In this document: positions 1 through 9,173 of the stretch, one piece after another
Position numbering within the stretch: the first letter of the stretch is position 1
Layout: every line of letters starts with the position of its first letter
From: an uncultured virus (IMG/VR IMGVR_UViG_3300017719_000005)
Lineage: Duplodnaviria; Heunggongvirae; Uroviricota; Caudoviricetes; Kyanoviridae
Length of the DNA stretch: 64,000 nt
Strand: one strand, 5' to 3'
Virus record (IMG/VR): IMGVR_UViG_3300017719_000005
Program-made: the position numbers and the translations under genes
The notes under the pieces: generated by a model
Databases searched by the model: none
Told to the model about the DNA's origin: nothing
Seen by the model: only the letters and a program-made list of their open reading frames with translations

Positions 1-1870
1 CCTTTTTCTTTTCAGTCTGAGTTGCTTGGAATTGTACACTATTACTTACGCCACCACCAGCAGTGCCACCACCACCAGTACTGACCTGCACACCTAGTCC
101 ACCAGCAATCTTTTGAATGTCAGGTGCTAGGACAGATTTTACTTTATTACCAACAAATCCAAATGCACCAAATGATCCTACTATGGTCTTGAGGTAGAGA
201 CCACCCACCATGCCCAGCATGTCAGGGTGACTACCAAACTGTAGAGCACCACCCGCTGCCATCTGTACAGGACCGCCTGCTGCCTTCTTATTCTCTTTGT
301 CGAAGTCAAACAGGTTGAATGTCAACGCATCAGCAATACCACCTGCCACAGAGGCAGGATTCATCAGACGCTTGGCATTATTGACGACAAATTGGACGGT
401 GCCACCAATGGCATCCATCATTCCACCGAAGATAAACCCAGCGAAGTCTCCGAGAATCTTAGCAGCATCCATTAGGACTTTGCCAAGTTGACCTATGAAA
501 CCAAATATTAACCCTAAGGGCTCAGCGAGTTGTTGGAAGAGAGGTCCGATGGTCATCTTGACCACCTCAAACATCATCTTAAATGCTTTACCAATAGGTC
601 CAAAGATAGGTTCCATGATCGGACCTAACTCTTTACCTACCCACTCACCTAAGAAACTACCGATCGCATTACCAACGATAGGTGCAAAGGGTCCTAGGAA
701 GGGTCCTAGGAGTGCTGTGCCAGCGATACCGCCAACTAAACCACCAACACCCTGACCGACACCAGCACCAACAGCAGAGGATGCTTTCTCACCGCTTGCA
801 AGACCTGCTGCGATCCTTCCAGCGCCTCCTACGACGCTCATGCCGACGTTTAACTTACCGCCGAGCTTACCAAATGCTTTGTTAGCACCAGCACCAAATC
901 TCTTGCGTGCTGCAGATGCTTTACCTTTGAATTTAGAGAAACGACTTTCTTTGCCAAATCTATCCTCAAATGCTTTGCCAGCACCAGGATTCTTGCGTTC
1001 TGCCTTTGCGGCAGACTTCTTCATCGCTTCGTATTCTTCTTTGGAGTAGATAACTCCAGTCTTCTTATCTCTAAACCCGCTCTTTCTTACCTTCTGGTTA
1101 GCATCCTGCTCTGCAGACTGCTGGTTGGACATGTTGAAGATCATTCTCAGACGATTAACGTCCTTCATCAACTTCCAAGGCATGATCAGATACTGTGCTG
1201 TCCTAAGCGCAGCAAGACCACCCATCAGTTGCACGACTCCGAGTATGCCTCGGAATGCACGTCTGATCGGACCTTCTTCCTTAAAATTACCAATTACATT
1301 AGTCAGTCCATCAAGGAGCAGACCAACCCCAAATTTAGTAACTTTGAATGCAAACTTACCTATCGTGAATAGTATCTTGAATACCTTTACGGCACTCTCA
1401 GCATTCTTGGGGTTACTTAACCAGTTTAATGCTCCAAATATAATCATATATTTGAAGACTTTGAATAGACCATTGAAAAGTCCACCAAGCATATTTAACT
1501 TGGGTTTCTGCTTCTCAACTGCCTTCCTACCTTCCTCTTTGCCTTCTTCTACGCCCTTCTCTGCTTCGTCTTCTAATTTACCACGTTTCTTTTTTCGGAA
1601 AGTTCTTCGGAAATCCCGCATGGATGTAGTCCACTTGGTCTTATCCTTCTTATCTTTCCTCTTAATCGTCGTGACTTCTGTCTTGGAAGTGTCTGTAAGA
1701 TACTCTTTCTCAAACTTTAGAAGCTCAGTAGTATCATAAAAACTCTTGGCAATGCCATCCGTCACGCTCCCCATGCGATTGATGCCCTTACGCACCTGAT
1801 CCATGTTTTGAGCGATACCTGACTTACCAGTTATCGGTTGAATTTTTATGAAACTGCGGATTGCTGCCAT
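1..1870 (-). CDS. Tape-measure/baseplate hub-like protein, partial (3' end outside the window)
   Basis: Manual translation from ATG at 1870 (MAAIRSFIKIQPITGKSG...). Long helical, Gly/Ala-rich amphipathic stretches; lies directly after gp26/gp51. Missing from the ORF track, presumably because it runs off the edge. Confidence 0.6.
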   Translation of the reverse strand, partial: MAAIRSFIKIQPITGKSGIAQNMDQVRKGINRMGSVTDGIAKSFYDTTELLKFEKEYLTDTSKTEVTTIKRKDKKDKTKWTTSMRDFRRTFRKKKRGKLEDEAEKGVEEGKEEGRKAVEKQKPKLNMLGGLFNGLFKVFKYMIIFGALNWLSNPKNAESAVKVFKILFTIGKFAFKVTKFGVGLLLDGLTNVIGNFKEEGPIRRAFRGILGVVQLMGGLAALRTAQYLIMPWKLMKDVNRLRMIFNMSNQQSAEQDANQKVRKSGFRDKKTGVIYSKEEYEAMKKSAAKAERKNPGAGKAFEDRFGKESRFSKFKGKASAARKRFGAGANKAFGKLGGKLNVGMSVVGGAGRIAAGLASGEKASSAVGAGVGQGVGGLVGGIAGTALLGPFLGPFAPIVGNAIGSFLGEWVGKELGPIMEPIFGPIGKAFKMMFEVVKMTIGPLFQQLAEPLGLIFGFIGQLGKVLMDAAKILGDFAGFIFGGMMDAIGGTVQFVVNNAKRLMNPASVAGGIADALTFNLFDFDKENKKAAGGPVQMAAGGALQFGSHPDMLGMVGGLYLKTIVGSFGAFGFVGNKVKSVLAPDIQKIAGGLGVQVSTGGGGTAGGGVSNSVQFQATQTEKKK

Positions 1871-2010
1871 TAGAGGGACATGCGTGACTGATCTTGGTTT
1901 TGTCTTCTTTCTTCCTCAGCAATGTGTGCGAGGAGAAGATTCACATATACATCACGTTCCCACGGTATCATATTCTCTAATTCTGTTAGCGAATACTTGT
2001 GGTGCTGCAT
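1870..2010 (-). CDS. gp51: Baseplate hub assembly catalyst gp51 (frame stays open upstream to 2085)
   Basis: Manual translation ...HDSLENYYKTNFALMQHHKYSLTELENMIPWERDVYV, the typical gp51 motif. First ATG is at 2010. Confidence 0.85.
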   Translation of the reverse strand: MQHHKYSLTELENMIPWERDVYVNLLLAHIAEEERRQNQDQSRMSL

Positions 2011-2060
2011 CAAGGCAAAGTTTGTCTTATAGTAGTTTTCAAGACTATCGTGCAGTAGGG

Positions 2061-2765
2061 CTATGCGAAAAAACTCGCTAGTCCTTCAAGCACAACATCG
2101 GATACGACTTTAGTGTTGGGGTTAACAACTTCAAGTGTGTATGACAGTTTGGGCATAGTCTCAAAGAATTTCTGGACTTTAGCAAACTGCTCGGAATTCA
2201 AGTCTTCCAAGAATTCAAGTGCTTCTTTCTTAGTGAAGCTGTCATAGACCTCTTCCTTATCGTAAACACTTTCAATACACCCTGCTGCCAACTCGAAGAT
2301 ATCCTCGATATTAGGATCCTCCGACATATTTTGACTGATGAATACATCAATCGACGGATACTTCATAACAATACCTACATTATCATCGAGAAGCATTTTC
2401 TTCTCATGATCTGCAGGAACAACAACCTCAACTTGATTTAGAGGGACCATCACTTCTACTTGGGTCTCATTATCATCAGGGCAGGTGATTTTGAATTCAC
2501 TTGCTTCACCAACAGCAGTAGCACGAATGCGAAGGAAGATATATTCGATCTCGAATGTTGCGAGATCTTCAACCTTACCTTTCAGGTTGGTGCAGTTTTT
2601 GATGATGGTCTTAACTGCCTTGATCATCTGCTTGTCGTCTTGCGACTCCATAGCGAGATACAGCAGTTTTTCCTCCTTAACGAGGAAAGGTCTATATGTG
2701 ATTTTAGTGCCAGTAATAGGCAGTGTCAAATCATACTCGGGGATAGCGAGCTTAGGTAAAGGCAT
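2061..2765 (-). CDS. gp26: Baseplate hub subunit/assembly protein gp26
   Basis: MPLPK...YRPFLVKEEK...LEGLASFF motifs. Confidence 0.9.
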   Translation of the reverse strand: MPLPKLAIPEYDLTLPITGTKITYRPFLVKEEKLLYLAMESQDDKQMIKAVKTIIKNCTNLKGKVEDLATFEIEYIFLRIRATAVGEASEFKITCPDDNETQVEVMVPLNQVEVVVPADHEKKMLLDDNVGIVMKYPSIDVFISQNMSEDPNIEDIFELAAGCIESVYDKEEVYDSFTKKEALEFLEDLNSEQFAKVQKFFETMPKLSYTLEVVNPNTKVVSDVVLEGLASFFA

Positions 2766-2790
2766 AATGCTCCATAACTATTAAATTTAT

Positions 2791-3543
2791 TTAGGTGCCA
2801 AAGAACGATGAATCTATCTGATCGTTGGAGAATCCTAAGCGACTGAATACTTTATCAAAATCGCGAATGACTTTATCATTGGCACTAGCTTTGAATGACA
2901 GCACATCCTCTGCAGTTGTGTCAAATCTAAATCTCTCGTATTTGAAGTCAACATCAATCTTCAGCAGATCTGCTGGTCCATTATTAAGAGTCATTGCTGA
3001 GATGTCAAATGGATATGCACCATACATCTGCCAGACTGCAGTGGATCTATTCATCCTCTGCTCAAATTTAACTGGTTTTCCAGCACCATTATTAGATCTA
3101 CCTTTATATACAACGTTAGCACCATTCTCCCATTTCAGGATCTGAATGCTTGATGTATACTCATCATAGAATGATACTCTATTTTCAGCATCATTAGCAG
3201 TCATATTCATCCAATTCTCAAAGAATTGGCGATGATACATGTCCTTTGTCATAATAAAGGACATTCGGACTTCTTGCTTCTGCTGACCGTATGCATAGTC
3301 ATATGGCATACCAACAGTCTTGATTGATTGTGTCTTAATCCTTCTAGCAGGGATAGTTACACTGTCAGCAAAATAGTTGATAGATTCGTAATGCTCTTTG
3401 AAATCGGGTTGTGTTCCAGTAGCATACATCATTACGGGGAGAGTAATCTCCACCGAGAATAGATTCGACTTTGCAATATCTTTCTCGCCACTTGCGACTA
3501 GATCAGCAAATCGGAGAAAACTATTGGGATTTCTGTAACTCAT
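2791..3543 (-). CDS. Tail tube-like/baseplate tube initiator (gp54/gp19-like)
   Basis: SVTIP...FFENW...GAYP pattern of the tube-protein fold; baseplate context. Confidence 0.6.
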   Translation of the reverse strand: MSYRNPNSFLRFADLVASGEKDIAKSNLFSVEITLPVMMYATGTQPDFKEHYESINYFADSVTIPARRIKTQSIKTVGMPYDYAYGQQKQEVRMSFIMTKDMYHRQFFENWMNMTANDAENRVSFYDEYTSSIQILKWENGANVVYKGRSNNGAGKPVKFEQRMNRSTAVWQMYGAYPFDISAMTLNNGPADLLKIDVDFKYERFRFDTTAEDVLSFKASANDKVIRDFDKVFSRLGFSNDQIDSSFFGT

Positions 3544-4013
3544 TAAACTCGACTCCAGATGTGACTGCTAGGGACTTCGATCCAGCGACCTGCTGCATTA
3601 AATAAGAATTGCTCGATAGGCAATGGAGTCATATCCTGCAGATCAATCGGTTTAACAGTGTAAATGTTGGTAGCATTTGACATAAAGTATTTATGATAGC
3701 AACGGGCAGGAAATGCGGGACTGCCCATAGACCACTGTGCAGCGATTGTCCTTCTTGCTGATGGTTGTAGATAATGTAAGTTACCACCTGAGAATTGCAT
3801 GTTACGTTTATCCAGATCGGATATTTGCACCATGGGGAATCTGTCATAAAATGACAATTTCTCAGTTGATGCAGAATATGCAAAAAAGATGATGTCACCA
3901 ACTGCAAAGGTGCCCTCATAGGGTTCCATACCATATTGCAGTTGAGAGCGATACCACTCTTTAGATTGTGACTTGCCTTCTGCAAGATCCTTAACATCAG
4001 TGAAGATGCTCAT
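3543..4013 (-). CDS. gp2: DNA end protector protein gp2
   Basis: YDRFP and GNLHYL motifs; adjacent to gp4. Confidence 0.8.
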   Translation of the reverse strand: MSIFTDVKDLAEGKSQSKEWYRSQLQYGMEPYEGTFAVGDIIFFAYSASTEKLSFYDRFPMVQISDLDKRNMQFSGGNLHYLQPSARRTIAAQWSMGSPAFPARCYHKYFMSNATNIYTVKPIDLQDMTPLPIEQFLFNAAGRWIEVPSSHIWSRV

Positions 4014-4444
4014 ACGTTTAACTCTTTTTCTGTGAGAATTAGGAATTCCATACGACGATCCTTACAGTATTCTCTTGCTGCCTTCCATTTTGCTTGGTTG
4101 ACACCGTAAGTTTTCACTTCAGTTATATATCTTTTAGTCTGCCTCTTCGGTCTCTTCGGGGGCGCACACTGGACTTTCGGTTTAACTTCGATAATGAATT
4201 TCTGAGTCCCTCCGTTTCTAGTTCGTGCTCTGACGTAGAAGTCGGGAAAATAGCGGTGAATCCGACCATCAACAGGACTGATGTATGGAATAACGATCTC
4301 TTCACTTCCCCACTCCATTACATTTACATTTTTGTCGCACCAGACCATAAACTTTCTTTCCCACAAACTCCTATAAATAATATTAGTGGGATCACCCTTA
4401 TACTTATGTCTATTTGATGGTCTGTATTTGCCAGAATAACTCAT
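4010..4444 (-). CDS. gp4: Head completion nuclease gp4
   Basis: KYKGDPTNIIYRSLWE, HRYFPDF, IEVKP; likely start MSYSGKY at 4444. Confidence 0.92.
   Translation of the reverse strand: MSYSGKYRPSNRHKYKGDPTNIIYRSLWERKFMVWCDKNVNVMEWGSEEIVIPYISPVDGRIHRYFPDFYVRARTRNGGTQKFIIEVKPKVQCAPPKRPKRQTKRYITEVKTYGVNQAKWKAAREYCKDRRMEFLILTEKELNV
4372..4379 (+). promoter_or_regulatory. T4-type late promoter TATAAATA for gp48-gp53
   Basis: Exact consensus about 65 nt upstream of the gp48 start. Confidence 0.7.
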
Positions 4445-5372
4445 GCCGAAGTCAAATTTGTTAGTATTCCCTAGGGTCAAACCTATGGGCACATCAAGTA
4501 GTAGCAGGGCGTCTGTAAGAGACAAAGCCTCGTATCCTACAGAAGTTGTAGACTACCTTAAGTTAAATATTTATAAACACAAAAAGAGATCTCAAGGATC
4601 TGATAAAGGTAGTGGTGAAGGATATAAGCAACTTTACTTATACCTCCCTCCTGGTTTGAATGAGAGGTATTCTGCTAAGTATGAAGGTAAGAACCTTGGT
4701 GCAGTTGGTAATGCCGTAATCGGTGCTGCTGCTGACGTGGTTGGTAGTGGTGGATCTCTTGATAATATCGGTGACAATGTTTCAGCGGCGGCAAAAGCAG
4801 CAAAACCTGCTCTAGGATTTAAGCTTGGTGCTACCGCAATCAACACGGTGGTGGGTGAAGTGTCACCTTATGGATTCAACATTGATTCTAACGATCTTTC
4901 CCAACTAACGCAAGGTAAAGTATTCAACCCTTATGAAGAGATGCTCTTCAAAGGTGTCGGATTTATCTCTCATAGTTTTAAGTTTAGTTTCGTGCCTAAG
5001 AGTGCTGCAGATGTGCAGACGATCTATGAGATCATTAGTTGTCTTAGACAATCTATGCACCCAGCGAAAGAAGGAAACGACTGGTTGCTCATCCCTGACA
5101 AGTTCAAGGCAGAGATTGTTAGGTATGAATCAAGTGGTGACGATGAAAAACTAGGTAAAGGAAAAAGGTCAGGTGGGTATATGAATGCCCTACTACGCTT
5201 TCCTCACAAAATGGTGTTACAGGACATGAGCGTTGACTTTGGCGATTCAACTGCAATTCGCACCCATACGCCTGGACTGGAAAATAAAGACTTCGGTTTT
5301 GCCGTCTATAACATGTCTCTCACTTTCCAAGAGACCAAATACCGTACTCGCGAGGACTTCAAGGACGAATAA
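4443..5372 (+). CDS. gp48: Baseplate tail tube cap gp48
   Basis: LYLP, FNPYEEMLFKGV...F.F.F.PKS motifs; precedes gp53. Confidence 0.85.
   Translation: MPKSNLLVFPRVKPMGTSSSSRASVRDKASYPTEVVDYLKLNIYKHKKRSQGSDKGSGEGYKQLYLYLPPGLNERYSAKYEGKNLGAVGNAVIGAAADVVGSGGSLDNIGDNVSAAAKAAKPALGFKLGATAINTVVGEVSPYGFNIDSNDLSQLTQGKVFNPYEEMLFKGVGFISHSFKFSFVPKSAADVQTIYEIISCLRQSMHPAKEGNDWLLIPDKFKAEIVRYESSGDDEKLGKGKRSGGYMNALLRFPHKMVLQDMSVDFGDSTAIRTHTPGLENKDFGFAVYNMSLTFQETKYRTREDFKDE
4568..4575 (-). promoter_or_regulatory. T4-type late promoter TATAAATA for gp4-gp2
   Basis: Exact consensus on the minus strand upstream of gp4, inside gp48. Confidence 0.55.
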
Positions 5373-6325
5373 TGTCAAATTACTTCTCATACTTACCTGA
5401 CGTATTCGTAAGGACATCTAGTTATCGCACAGGTAATAATGATCCTTACGTCCAGGCAAAAAATCTATTCCGTCGTATTAAGATACGAGATGATATAAGT
5501 GATATCATTCTTGGATTTGAAAAATACATCATTCAACACAACGAAAGACCCGATCAGATTGCTGATAGGGTATATGGTAACGTTGAATATGATTGGGTCG
5601 TGCTACTCACTAATAACATCATCAACGTATATGATGAATGGCCTATGACTGAGCAGGAGATGTATGCATATATGGTTCGTAAATACGGTGCGAAACACGT
5701 AGAAAGCATTCACCACTGGGTAACACAAGAGATTAAAAGCACAAGGGGTGATGTAATCCTTAGAGATGGATTTGAGGTTGCTCAAGACTTTGAATACTCA
5801 CGTCCTGATGGCACACTTATCCCCAAAGAAGAGTTAGTTAGACCTGTGTCCAACTATGACTATGAATTGGCACTAAATGACTATAAGAGAGGTATACACC
5901 TACTCAAACCTCAATATATCGATGCATTTGTTGAAGAATTTGAGAAATTGGTTGAATACCTTCCTTCTAATGAAGTTGATCCTGCTACAGGTATTAAGAA
6001 GACTGCAGCAGCTGTTGCAGAGGCATTTACCAATGTCAAACCCACGTATGAGACTCTTGTGGGACAAATACCTTCAATTCAATTTGCCTCTTCAGCAGAA
6101 TACACCTCCAGAAGTTTCGGATCTTCCGATCCTACTATCTCTGAAGGTGATGTACTTGCTGATGGTAGCACCGTTGTTTCAGTTAGCGTCTCTACAGGAA
6201 CTAGCAGTGCAACTATTGAGCAGGCAGGACAAATGGATACAACTGAAACTAATCAGTATGGGTCTGCTGGATCATCTAGTGGTCAACAGTCCTCAGGATC
6301 GTCCTACAGCGGTGGTGGATATTAG
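5372..6325 (+). CDS. gp53: Baseplate wedge subunit gp53 with Ser/Gly-rich C-terminal extension
   Basis: YFSYLP, ERPDQIA..YG, WVVLLTNNI...WP. Confidence 0.9.
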   Translation: MSNYFSYLPDVFVRTSSYRTGNNDPYVQAKNLFRRIKIRDDISDIILGFEKYIIQHNERPDQIADRVYGNVEYDWVVLLTNNIINVYDEWPMTEQEMYAYMVRKYGAKHVESIHHWVTQEIKSTRGDVILRDGFEVAQDFEYSRPDGTLIPKEELVRPVSNYDYELALNDYKRGIHLLKPQYIDAFVEEFEKLVEYLPSNEVDPATGIKKTAAAVAEAFTNVKPTYETLVGQIPSIQFASSAEYTSRSFGSSDPTISEGDVLADGSTVVSVSVSTGTSSATIEQAGQMDTTETNQYGSAGSSSGQQSSGSSYSGGGY

Positions 6326-6564
6326 ATAAGTCCTTTCTCTTTTGCTACATGTAGCAAATCTTTCAAATTACCCACATGTTGCGCTCCAAGTGCGATTTGT
6401 GGGTATTCTGCTTTTTGACCAAATTCGTTTTCAAACGATTTTTGCGTAAAATGCTGATTTAGGCGATATTCGAGATATTCGCCATCTAGTGATAGTAGCA
6501 GTTGTGCTGCCCTTTCACATTCTTGACTTCCATTTGAATAGATTACAGCGGTCTGAGGGATCAT
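6322..6564 (-). CDS. Glutaredoxin-like protein
   Basis: Grx-like length and YPQI motif; SQEC instead of CxxC. Confidence 0.65.
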   Translation of the reverse strand: MIPQTAVIYSNGSQECERAAQLLLSLDGEYLEYRLNQHFTQKSFENEFGQKAEYPQIALGAQHVGNLKDLLHVAKEKGLI

Positions 6565-6752
6565 GATTGTTTCTCCTTACGATCGTAGGTAATTACAAAT
6601 TTTTGATGTTGAGTCTTTTTATCGGTGCAAATATAATGAGTTGCTTCGCCACCCAATATTCTGCATATATTATCTAGTTGTATCTGAACTGCAAACTTCT
6701 TAAAATTGTCATCAATCCCTGGTCTTTCCTGTGGTTGGTTAAAGTCATCCAT
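6561..6752 (-). CDS. Hypothetical protein
   Basis: Tightly packed in the minus-strand operon. Confidence 0.6.
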   Translation of the reverse strand: MDDFNQPQERPGIDDNFKKFAVQIQLDNICRILGGEATHYICTDKKTQHQKFVITYDRKEKQS

Positions 6753-7059
6753 AAGTAATCACAATTTTGTTGTCTAGGTATTCAACTTGAGCATTCAATA
6801 AACCACCTGCTCTTCTGATAAGAGCAAGTCCTGCAATTTTATCTGCTTCAGGACCAGATTCAGGTTGCTCTCTATGCTTCTTCCACATCTCAGCAACCAT
6901 ATCGACAGGTTCTGGTGTGTTGTAAGGCAGTGCAGGAGCGTTATACCACTCATCAATTGCTTCCTGTGTAGGAATAGTAATGGTAAAAGCAAGTCCCTCT
7001 TCGCGAAACTCATCTTCCATCTTTTGATAAGTTTCTGGTGTGATATTCGCATCATTCAT
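6745..7059 (-). CDS. Hypothetical protein
   Basis: Overlapping start/stop with neighbours. Confidence 0.6.
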   Translation of the reverse strand: MNDANITPETYQKMEDEFREEGLAFTITIPTQEAIDEWYNAPALPYNTPEPVDMVAEMWKKHREQPESGPEADKIAGLALIRRAGGLLNAQVEYLDNKIVITYG

Positions 7060-7355
7060 AATGTCCTTTCCAGTCTTTCAGTTGGTTGATCAGGGAAGTC
7101 TCTTGGTCTGCTATCAGTAGCGTTATCGGTCCTAGGGGATCCTTCATTCGCCTTCATGGTATGTTGATAGTTTGGTCTTGGATATCTGATACGAAATGGA
7201 TCAGGCATCCAATAGGTCACTTGCCACTCTTGCTCAGGACACAGTTCAAGGTGCTTCTCTACACTATGAGAGAAACTACCAAGTTGAATATATCCATCAT
7301 GACTGACACACCTGCCATTGCCAGTGTCAACCAAGAACATCATCTTGCTACTCAT
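7056..7355 (-). CDS. Hypothetical cyanophage protein
   Basis: Likely start MSSKMMF, overlapping the upstream stop. Confidence 0.6.
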   Translation of the reverse strand: MSSKMMFLVDTGNGRCVSHDGYIQLGSFSHSVEKHLELCPEQEWQVTYWMPDPFRIRYPRPNYQHTMKANEGSPRTDNATDSRPRDFPDQPTERLERTL

Positions 7356-7483
7356 AGCACGTTTTGCTCTGGATTGAGGTTTTTCACGAATTGCACTGGA
7401 TCCTCTTCTGACTTGTGTACCCAATGATAGCGCATACACTCAAAAATAGGATCCCATGTTTGGACACAGACATAATCAGTCAC
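7352..7483 (-). CDS. Small hypothetical protein
   Basis: GTG start (VTDYVCVQTWDP...) fills the gap between neighbours. Confidence 0.5.
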   Translation of the reverse strand: MTDYVCVQTWDPIFECMRYHWVHKSEEDPVQFVKNLNPEQNVL

Positions 7484-7790
7484 GTTGTCTCCAATCATCA
7501 GGTTTTTCTTGATGAAACCAACTCTTAATGTCGTCGGCGTCAGTAAATCCCTTTTTGTGGTTGGATGGGTCGGGATCACCTAATCCCATCCTATTCAGAA
7601 AATCGTCTGTGCTGCCTTCTTCAATATTGTATGTAATCTGGCGACGTGCGATTTTCAACATTTCATTAGCAGAGGTATTTGCCTTTGCAAGTTTGTTTGC
7701 CCAGATCATGTCGTCTAGTTTGACTTCTTCGCCGTTAGCAATGCGCTTACAAATGAATTCCATTCGTAGGCGATAAGCAGTTGATAACAT
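7476..7790 (-). CDS. Conserved cyanophage hypothetical protein
   Basis: MLSTAYRLR...DWRQRD; CTAAATA late-promoter-like motif upstream. Confidence 0.75.
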   Translation of the reverse strand: MLSTAYRLRMEFICKRIANGEEVKLDDMIWANKLAKANTSANEMLKIARRQITYNIEEGSTDDFLNRMGLGDPDPSNHKKGFTDADDIKSWFHQEKPDDWRQRD

Positions 7791-7899
7791 TAATTACATC
7801 CTTTATCACTTGATATTTAGGAAAAACCCTGGAGACTAAAAATTACCCCGAATTTTTTTCCGCCGATCCTGTAACTCAAAAGTCAAATAATATATGAGG

Positions 7900-8175
7900 T
7901 CAACGGCACGGTCTGTACTTCAGACGTGTCTGCTTCTCGTAGTAACCCTCGATGTATTGGTGATGCCCTAACCAATAGCCAGGGATCCAAACACGTCGGG
8001 TTACTTGCACCTCACACATGCGTCTACGGGGTCTGTAATAGTCCCTGTGGATGTGTGAATCATGGTAATGGTAATGCCGATCCCCATCAAACGGCTCCCA
8101 GAATTCCTTCCAGGTTATTGCGTTGGCGGGTGCCGCAGACAGTAGCAGCAGAAGGGGAAGGGCAAGTAGTTTCAT
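7900..8175 (-). CDS. Secreted His/Arg-rich small protein
   Basis: Signal peptide MKLLALPLLLLLSAAPANA; WIPGYW repeat-like motif. Confidence 0.65.
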   Translation of the reverse strand: MKLLALPLLLLLSAAPANAITWKEFWEPFDGDRHYHYHDSHIHRDYYRPRRRMCEVQVTRRVWIPGYWLGHHQYIEGYYEKQTRLKYRPCR

Positions 8176-9113
8176 CAGTCGTTGGCGAGTGCAGCGAAGT
8201 AGTCCAGGTCAGGACCATCGTCTGCTTTGTTTAACTCTTCAATCTTAGCACCGAATCCACTGGGTGTGGTGTCAGGTTGTGACAGTGGTGCAACTGACAT
8301 GATGTCAGGAGAGTTGAAGTTGCCACGACCCTCAGACTCATCCTCAAAGGACTCGTCACGAGTGCGGACCTGAGTACGACCCCTGTTGAGGACCATATTC
8401 AAACGCTCTTCCAACTTCTCATAAGGCTTGAATGCTGTAGGATCAGTGAATTCCTTGAGGGAATGCTGAGACTTCCAGATATCTTCAAGTTGCTCATCAC
8501 TAAATCCACCCAGCGTAGCAGGTGCAGCGAAGTCAGACTTATCATAATTCCAGTATCCACCAATGGTTTGGATCTTGATACGGAAATCAGCGCCTTGCCA
8601 CATGTCAAAAGGATTGACAGGAGTCTCATCCTCGAACTGTGGTTGCATAGAGGACACCACCTTGTCGTGGATCTTCTTACCATACTTATACAGGAATACT
8701 TTACCCTCATTCTGAGGATTCAGTTGATCCTTCACGACATAGATGTTACTGTAGTAGGAAAGCTTACGCTTCTGCTTACGAGCAACCTCTTTGTCAGCAT
8801 CGAGACCACTATTCCATAGTGTGCGATTCAATTCACCAACAGGATCTTTCTGACCCAATGTGGTGAGGGAGTTTTCAATATACCATCCGCCAGGACCTTG
8901 GAAAGCGTGGCTCCACACCTGTGCCCAAGGAAGGTCTTCACCATCAGGCTCAGGGAGGAAACGGATCACGGCATAACCGTTACCGCTCTTGTCCACCCCA
9001 GGTTTCCAAAGTCGCTCATCAGGACCAGCGCCTTGGGGTTTGGACATCTTCTCAATCTGTTGAGTCAGCTTATCAAACGTGCCTGACTTTTTCTTGAGAC
9101 TTGCAAAAGACAT
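8175..9113 (-). CDS. gp32: Single-stranded DNA-binding protein gp32
   Basis: MSFASLKK, GNGYAVIRFLP, acidic C-terminus; GGAG RBS before ATG 9113. Confidence 0.97.
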   Translation of the reverse strand: MSFASLKKKSGTFDKLTQQIEKMSKPQGAGPDERLWKPGVDKSGNGYAVIRFLPEPDGEDLPWAQVWSHAFQGPGGWYIENSLTTLGQKDPVGELNRTLWNSGLDADKEVARKQKRKLSYYSNIYVVKDQLNPQNEGKVFLYKYGKKIHDKVVSSMQPQFEDETPVNPFDMWQGADFRIKIQTIGGYWNYDKSDFAAPATLGGFSDEQLEDIWKSQHSLKEFTDPTAFKPYEKLEERLNMVLNRGRTQVRTRDESFEDESEGRGNFNSPDIMSVAPLSQPDTTPSGFGAKIEELNKADDGPDLDYFAALAND

Positions 9114-9173
9114 GTGTTTCTCCGTTGTGGTTGTGTGTTTTGTATTTGCCACCGTATTATAGTGGCATAGTAT

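Noticed and set aside
297..2081. Plus-strand ORFs in the track (297-491 through 1848-2081)
   Set aside because: Antisense shadows of the minus-strand tape-measure-like gene and gp51; no recognisable motifs.
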